Source of the DNA: Eledone cirrhosa
Lineage: Eukaryota
Assembly (NCBI GenBank): GCA_964016885.1
Contig: OZ024762.1
Coordinates: 20,894,001 to 20,958,000 of the forward strand
Direction: 5' to 3'
Length of the DNA: 64,000 nt
The position numbers and the translations under genes were made by a program. Every line of letters begins with the position of its first letter. Positions within the stretch are counted from its first letter, which is position 1. A model generated the notes under the pieces. The model made no database searches. It was not told the DNA's origin and saw only the letters and a list, made by a program, of their open reading frames with translations. Shown piece by piece: positions 58,476-64,000 of this stretch.

Positions 58476-59596
58476 GCTTAAGAGTGCATCTGTTCTATGA
58501 AAACAAAGTTGAATTTTAATTTAAAGTTCTGAAAGAATATATGAAAGGTTTCCTGAAATGACTTCCATGATCTGTTTAGCCTACAATTAAATTAAGTCCA
58601 TATCCTGATTCACTTTTCTTCAAGACTTCTCAATTGAAAAACTAACGATATTGGGGAGAGGAAGTGTGAAATTGTCTAGCATGGCATGATTCCAATAATT
58701 TTTGCAGTTGCATCAGTGCCAACAGTATTAGTTCATAATTTCCATTTGGACATGATCTGGCAAGTTAGCAGGAAAGCTTTGACAGTTGGACAATGTAAGA
58801 AGTTCACAGTATGTTCCCCAGTCTCCCTAACCCATCTTAGAATCTTATTTTATAAAATATAATACTATATAGTATGAAAACATCAACATTTTTCGTTGAA
58901 ATAGTATCATACAACTTTCCAATAAAAGAAATCAGATTAGGAGGAAAAAAAAAAAAACCTCATTACTTTTGATATATTAAATTATGAATTGGCTTAATGG
59001 TTTTGTCAAAATTAAATAAGTTTCTTTTGCAGTAAGAGGGGGAATTTGGAGTGAGTTTAGAGTATAGAATAATTGAAAGTATCACCTAAATTTTTATATC
59101 TCTTATTTCGAGACAATGAAAAAAATTGCTGTTAGGAAAATATTCCTAGAAACTTTCTCGACAGCAGTTTTTGATGACCAACAAAACCTTCTCCCTTCTC
59201 ACTCTTCTGTGACACTAGAGCCCTTGCCTTTTCCTTCCTTTTCTGGTTTTAAAAAAAAAAATATTTTCTTATTTTACATTCCATTCTTTCTTCTCAATCT
59301 AAATTTTTTTTCTTTTTCTATTAAATTGAGATTTTAAATCTTGTATATCATTTGTACACATATATATGTTAAACGAATTGGCAGAGTTGTTAGAATGTTG
59401 AATAGAATGCTTTATGATATTCGCTCCAGCTCTCTATTCTCTGAGTTCAAATCTCACCGAGGTCAACTTTACCTTTCATCCTTTCAAGGCCGATTAAAAA
59501 AAGTACCAGTCTAATACTGGGGTTGATTCTTCCTCGGTATCTCTTTCTCATTTCCTCTCTCTCTTTCTATCTTTCTCTGGAAGAAATCTGCTGTAC

Positions 59597-59722
59597 TCAG
59601 GCCTGGAGAAGGATGGGCTCCACCAGGTCAGGCCTGGGGAGGGATGGGCTCCACCAGGTCAGGCCTGGAGAGGGATGGGCTCCACCAGGTCAGGCCTGGA
59701 GAGGGATGGGCTCCTCCACCAG
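59597..59722. repeat. 31-bp GC-rich minisatellite x4
   Basis: tcaggcctggagagggatgggctccaccagg. Confidence 0.9.
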
Positions 59723-62405
59723 GCTTAAAATGCCCAAGAAACGCTGTATGTCAATACGTCACCTCTACGACTCTATCAGGAGTTATGGGACCATACATAC
59801 ATATCTTCATATGCTAAACATTCATTCAGTTTTTATCCACTGAAAACAAAAATCTGACAAAGACACCACAAATATTCTAATATTGATGCCAAGCTAGAAA
59901 TGTTTACGATGGGGCTAGGTTGGGATGTGGTAGGGGTAGACAAAGTCGATTGTATCGTGACTGGTACTTTAGTTTATCGACACCGGGAGGTGACTTCAGT
60001 GGGATTTGGACTCACAATGCAAAGAACTGGAACAAATGTCTCTCACTCTACCAATTCATTGGATGTTTGCATATCTGGCCATAACACACACGCGCGCGCA
60101 CGCACGCACGCACGCACGCGCGCATACACACACGCATACACATGCACACACATGCACACACATGCACACAAAATGCACCCAGTGATGTTGGGAGATGTGG
60201 TGGTGGTGGCACTGGAGATGGCAGTCATGATAATAGTGGTGGTGGTGGTGGTGGTGAAGGCAGCAGTAGTAGTAATAGTGGCAGTAGTGGTAATGTAGAT
60301 GGTGTTGCTGGAGATGGTAGTAGTGGCAATAATGATGGTGATGGCAGTAGTGGAGGTAGTGGAAATAGTAATGGTGGGGTATGGTAGCAATTGTAGAGCA
60401 TAAGACTAAATATCACGAAACAGTTTGAATTCTTTTCTATTTTGGATTAAAATTCTCCTACAGTCAACACTTTCCTCCTTATACCAGTTATATTCTGGGC
60501 TCAGTTGTATTGACTATATAGACACTCGGTGACCCCCAATAAATGTATGCTCCTCTACCAATCAACATCATCATCATCATTTAATGTCCATCCTCCCTTT
60601 CCCTGTGGAAAAAAAAGAGAAAAATCAGTATTTGGCAGAAACTTTTGCAGGGGGTAGAAAAAGAGAGAAAATGAGGGGGGAGACAAAAGGGAGACAGAAA
60701 GAGAGAAGGAAGGAAGACTTGGAATGAGATAGATGTATATATAGATAGATAGAGAGAGAAGGGAGAGATATAGAGAGACAGGGAAAGATATAGGGAGAGA
60801 ATGTATGTGACTATTTTAATGGAACATCTGACATGCATCTAAATATTTTAATTGAAGTTGGTATTGAGCCAATTAGTTTGGAGTAGCTGAATGTAATGAT
60901 TTATAATTTAGGCACAAGGCCAACAATTTTAGTGGTGATGGTGGGGATGGGTTAATATCAATTATATTGACCACAGTATCTTACTGGTACTTTATTTTCC
61001 AGGGTCGATAAATAAAGTACTCTCGAATAATCCCATGCTTATTAATTTTTCATCTTTTTTCCAAACCCCTTATTAAATTTTGCTAATCTATCTCCAGTGA
61101 AATTTTATTTTAAGTAGTAGCATTACTGTGACCATTAATTTTCTTTATACATAAAAAAATAAAAAAATTAAAAATTATACAAGACAAAATCCCATGTTAT
61201 AAAATAAATAGGATGGGTTGAGGGTCTCAATATGTAAACTAAATAACTAATTCTAGTTTTTAACACAAATCATTAACACAAATCAAAGGAGACAACCTAG
61301 AAAAATTACTAATTTTCCAACCTTCCTGTCTAATCCCCCCTGCCCCCTATTATTTGGGACCCGAGAGTACCAGTTCAGTATTTGTTTCAATTTTTCACAT
61401 TCTGAGTTCAAATCCCACCAAAGATAAATTTTCCTTTCATCTTTCCAGGGTCTATAAAGAACCCTTCAGTGGTTTGGCCAGAATTATTAAAGAAATGGGT
61501 GGGGTATTTTGCAGTATCTTTTCCAGTTCTGAGTTCAAATCCCACTGAGGTCAACTTTGTCTTTCATCTTTTCGGGGTCAATAAAATAGAGTACAAGCCC
61601 AGGGAGTAGTGGTGAATTGGCTGAATTATTAAGGTGTTGAATAAACAAATATCACAAAATATTTGTTTTAGCTCTGTGTGGTTTGAGTTCAAATCTTGCC
61701 TACTGTCACTAGAAAAATGATGTCACTCTAGTCAGAGGTTGCGACTGACAGATAGTATAAGCAATGGGATGACCAGCGGAAATATTGTTTCCTTGGTCCT
61801 ATTTAATGATTAGCTTATTTCTTTTCTTTTATGTTTTAAATGTATTTACCAGTCATTAATATGTATCTTAATTTGATTGACAAAAACCGATCTCATTTGC
61901 TTACCGAGCGGGGTAGAACTCATCAAATTGGACCAAAGAAACAATGTCTCCATTAGTCTTTCCAATTGCTGATACTATCTATTGGTCAAAACTCCTGGCA
62001 GAAAAAGCAACATGAAATAAAGTGTCTTGCTGAAGGACATAACACATCGCCCGGTCCAAGAATCAAACTCTCTAACCACGAAGCCATATGCCAATATGTA
62101 TCTAATTGTAAATAATCAATCAGATTCATGAAACATTGAGCAACTTTTTTTAATATTTAAAGTATGTTCTTTTTTATTTTTATTTTTTTTACTATGAAAA
62201 TAATTCCAAGTTGGGTATATGAACCCCAAGTAAACAGGTAATACTGTCCCCTTTTTCCATCTTTAGAGTCTGTATCCAACTTGTTTGACTATTTTCATAG
62301 TACAAGAAAAAACACACTCACCAGCATTGAAGCAGCTTATATCAAGTTAACATACATTCCAATATCTAATATTAATTTTATTTCCTATTTCTTTCTCTCT
62401 TTCAG

Positions 62406-62540
62406 TATTACGTATTGTCATTTGCCTTTCCAAAGCAAATGGTTTTACCTGGGAACTGAACGCGGGAATGTACACATAGTGAACATCGAAACGTTTTCTC
62501 TGTCTGGTTATGTCATTAATTGGAACAAAGCAATTGAATT
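62406..62540 (+). CDS. STXBP5: Tomosyn / STXBP5 coding exon (135 bp)
   Basis: Polypyrimidine tract, then ttcag|T ATT ACG...GAA TT|gtaagt. CG+T completes the Arg codon from the previous exon. Encodes ITYCHLPFQSKWFYLGTERGNVHIVNIETFSLSGYVINWNKAIE(L), near-identical to tomosyn. Confidence 0.96.
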
Positions 62541-62653
62541 GTAAGTATCAAAAGTTTATGAAAACAAATTTTGTTTTTAAAAAGAGTATATGTTAAAAAA
62601 AAAAGGAAGAAAGGCAATTTTTACACTGCCCTAGGCTCAAACCTGGCTACTGG

Positions 62654-62960
62654 CAATGTCAACTGTTTATAGTATCTTTACTATTGTTGACAGATAAATG
62701 TGAACATCACAATGTCAACTGTTTATAGTATCTTTACTATTGTTGACAGATAAATGTGAACATCACAATGTCAACTGTTTATAGTATCTTTACTATTGTT
62801 GACAGATAAATGTGAACATCACAATGTCAACTGTTTATAGTATCTTTACTATTGTTGACAGATAAATGTGAACATCACAATGTCAACTGTTTATAGTATC
62901 TTTACTATTGTTGACAGATAAATGTGAACATCACAATGTCAACTGTTTATAGTATCTTTA
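62654..62960. repeat. 56-bp minisatellite x5.5, each unit a hairpin
   Basis: caaTGTCAACtgtttATAGTAtcttTACTATtGTTGACAgataaatgtgaacatca. Confidence 0.92.
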
Positions 62961-63014
62961 CCATGGTGGACATATGGATGTGAACATTTGCAGTGCTAAA
63001 CTAAAGATGTTATC

Positions 63015-63535
63015 ACCATCCTTATGGGGTCGATAAAATAAAGTACCAGTAATACATTGGGATAATTGCTGGCCTTGTGCCAAAAGTAGAAACAATTATT
63101 AGTGGATTTAGTGGTGGATAGGGTGGTGGATTGGCAGTATTGGTAGAGGGTCGGACCCCATGCTTTTGCAGCATAGAGTTACGCCCCTTTACGGTCTGAA
63201 TTCAAATCCCGCCGAGGTTAACTTTACCTTTCATCCTTACAAGGTCGATAAAATAAAGTACCAGTAATGCACTGGGTAATTACTGGCCTTGTGCCAAAAA
63301 TAGAAACAATTATTAGTGAATTGGCAGTATCAGTAGAGGGTCGGACGCATGCGTTTCAGCATAGTGACGGCCCTTTACATTCTGAGTTCAAATCCCACCG
63401 AGGTTAGCTTTGCCTTTCATCCTTACGGGGTCGATAAAATAAAGTACCAGTCACGAACTGGGGTCGATTTAATTGACTTTCCCCTCCCCCAAAATTGCTG
63501 GCCTTGTGCCTAAATCTGAAATCATTATTATTATT
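63015..63535 (+). mobile_element. Tandem Meta-type SINE copies
   Basis: ttggcagtattggtagagggtcggac..ttcaaatccc..tcgataaaataaagtacc; two full copies plus a partial. Confidence 0.85.
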
Positions 63536-63699
63536 AAGTGACCAATGACCTCTTCTTTTTCCGTCTTTAAGGGTCCTTACCCTATTTTATGAGCTATTTA
63601 TAGTATCTCCATACATGAGCACATCATTCTTTGTATTAACTTTATCCCCGCAGAATTTATATATCACATCGGTCATTTGTAGCTTGTTCAGTTAGAATT

Positions 63700-64000
63700 G
63701 GTGTCAATAACAAGGTTTTTGTTGTCCAGTTTGAGGTTTGGTGTCAATAACAAGGTTTTAGTTGTTCAGTTTGTGGTTTGGTGTCAATAACAGGGTTTAA
63801 TTGTCTAGTTTGTTGTTTGGTGTCAATAAAGGGGTTTAATTGTCTAGTTTGTGGTTTGGTGTCAGTAACAGGGTTTTAGTTGTCCAGTTTGTGGTTTGGT
63901 GTCAATAACAAGGTTTTAGTTGTCCAGTTTGTGGTTTGGTGTCAGTAACAAGGTTTAATTGTCTAGTTTGTGGTTTGGTGTTAATAACAGGGTTTTAGTT
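63700..64000. repeat. 39/40-bp minisatellite running off the window end
   Basis: ggtgtcaataacaaggttttagttgtccagtttgtggttt in tandem. Confidence 0.9.

Noticed and set aside
59900-60416. Gly/Ser- or Val/Thr-rich ORFs (also 7060-7667)
   Set aside because: Low-complexity (GGT/AGT)n trinucleotide sequence without splice or homology support.
62654-62960. CRISPR-like array of palindromic repeats
   Set aside because: No unique spacers and no cas genes; eukaryotic intron context.

Overview
Eukaryotic, AT-rich, repeat-saturated genomic DNA. The SINE/RTE repertoire and the (TA)n/(TATG)n density point to an octopod cephalopod (inference). The window is almost entirely intronic sequence of a + strand tomosyn (STXBP5/Lgl-family WD40) gene. 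Three coding exons (4711-4792, 34046-34146, 62406-62540) splice in frame across introns of 29,253 and 28,259 bp, and the first exon has a U12-type (minor spliceosome) acceptor. The introns contain RTE LINEs (one near-intact, one with a 5' inversion), CRE and R4/Dong fragments, a degenerate Helitron, TTAA MITEs, tRNA-derived SINE arrays, many mini- and microsatellites, a Penelope-like element with 1.7-kb inverted arms, and several hammerhead ribozyme motifs. The most novel signal is a nested, tandemly duplicated pair of small Cys-rich, tail-anchored ORFs (52865-53080, 53320-53700). Their coding regions have diverged faster than their shared non-coding leader, and two further leader copies lie upstream, one abutting a Helitron end. 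All alignments, folds and counts were done by eye; TE boundaries are approximate unless motifs are quoted.
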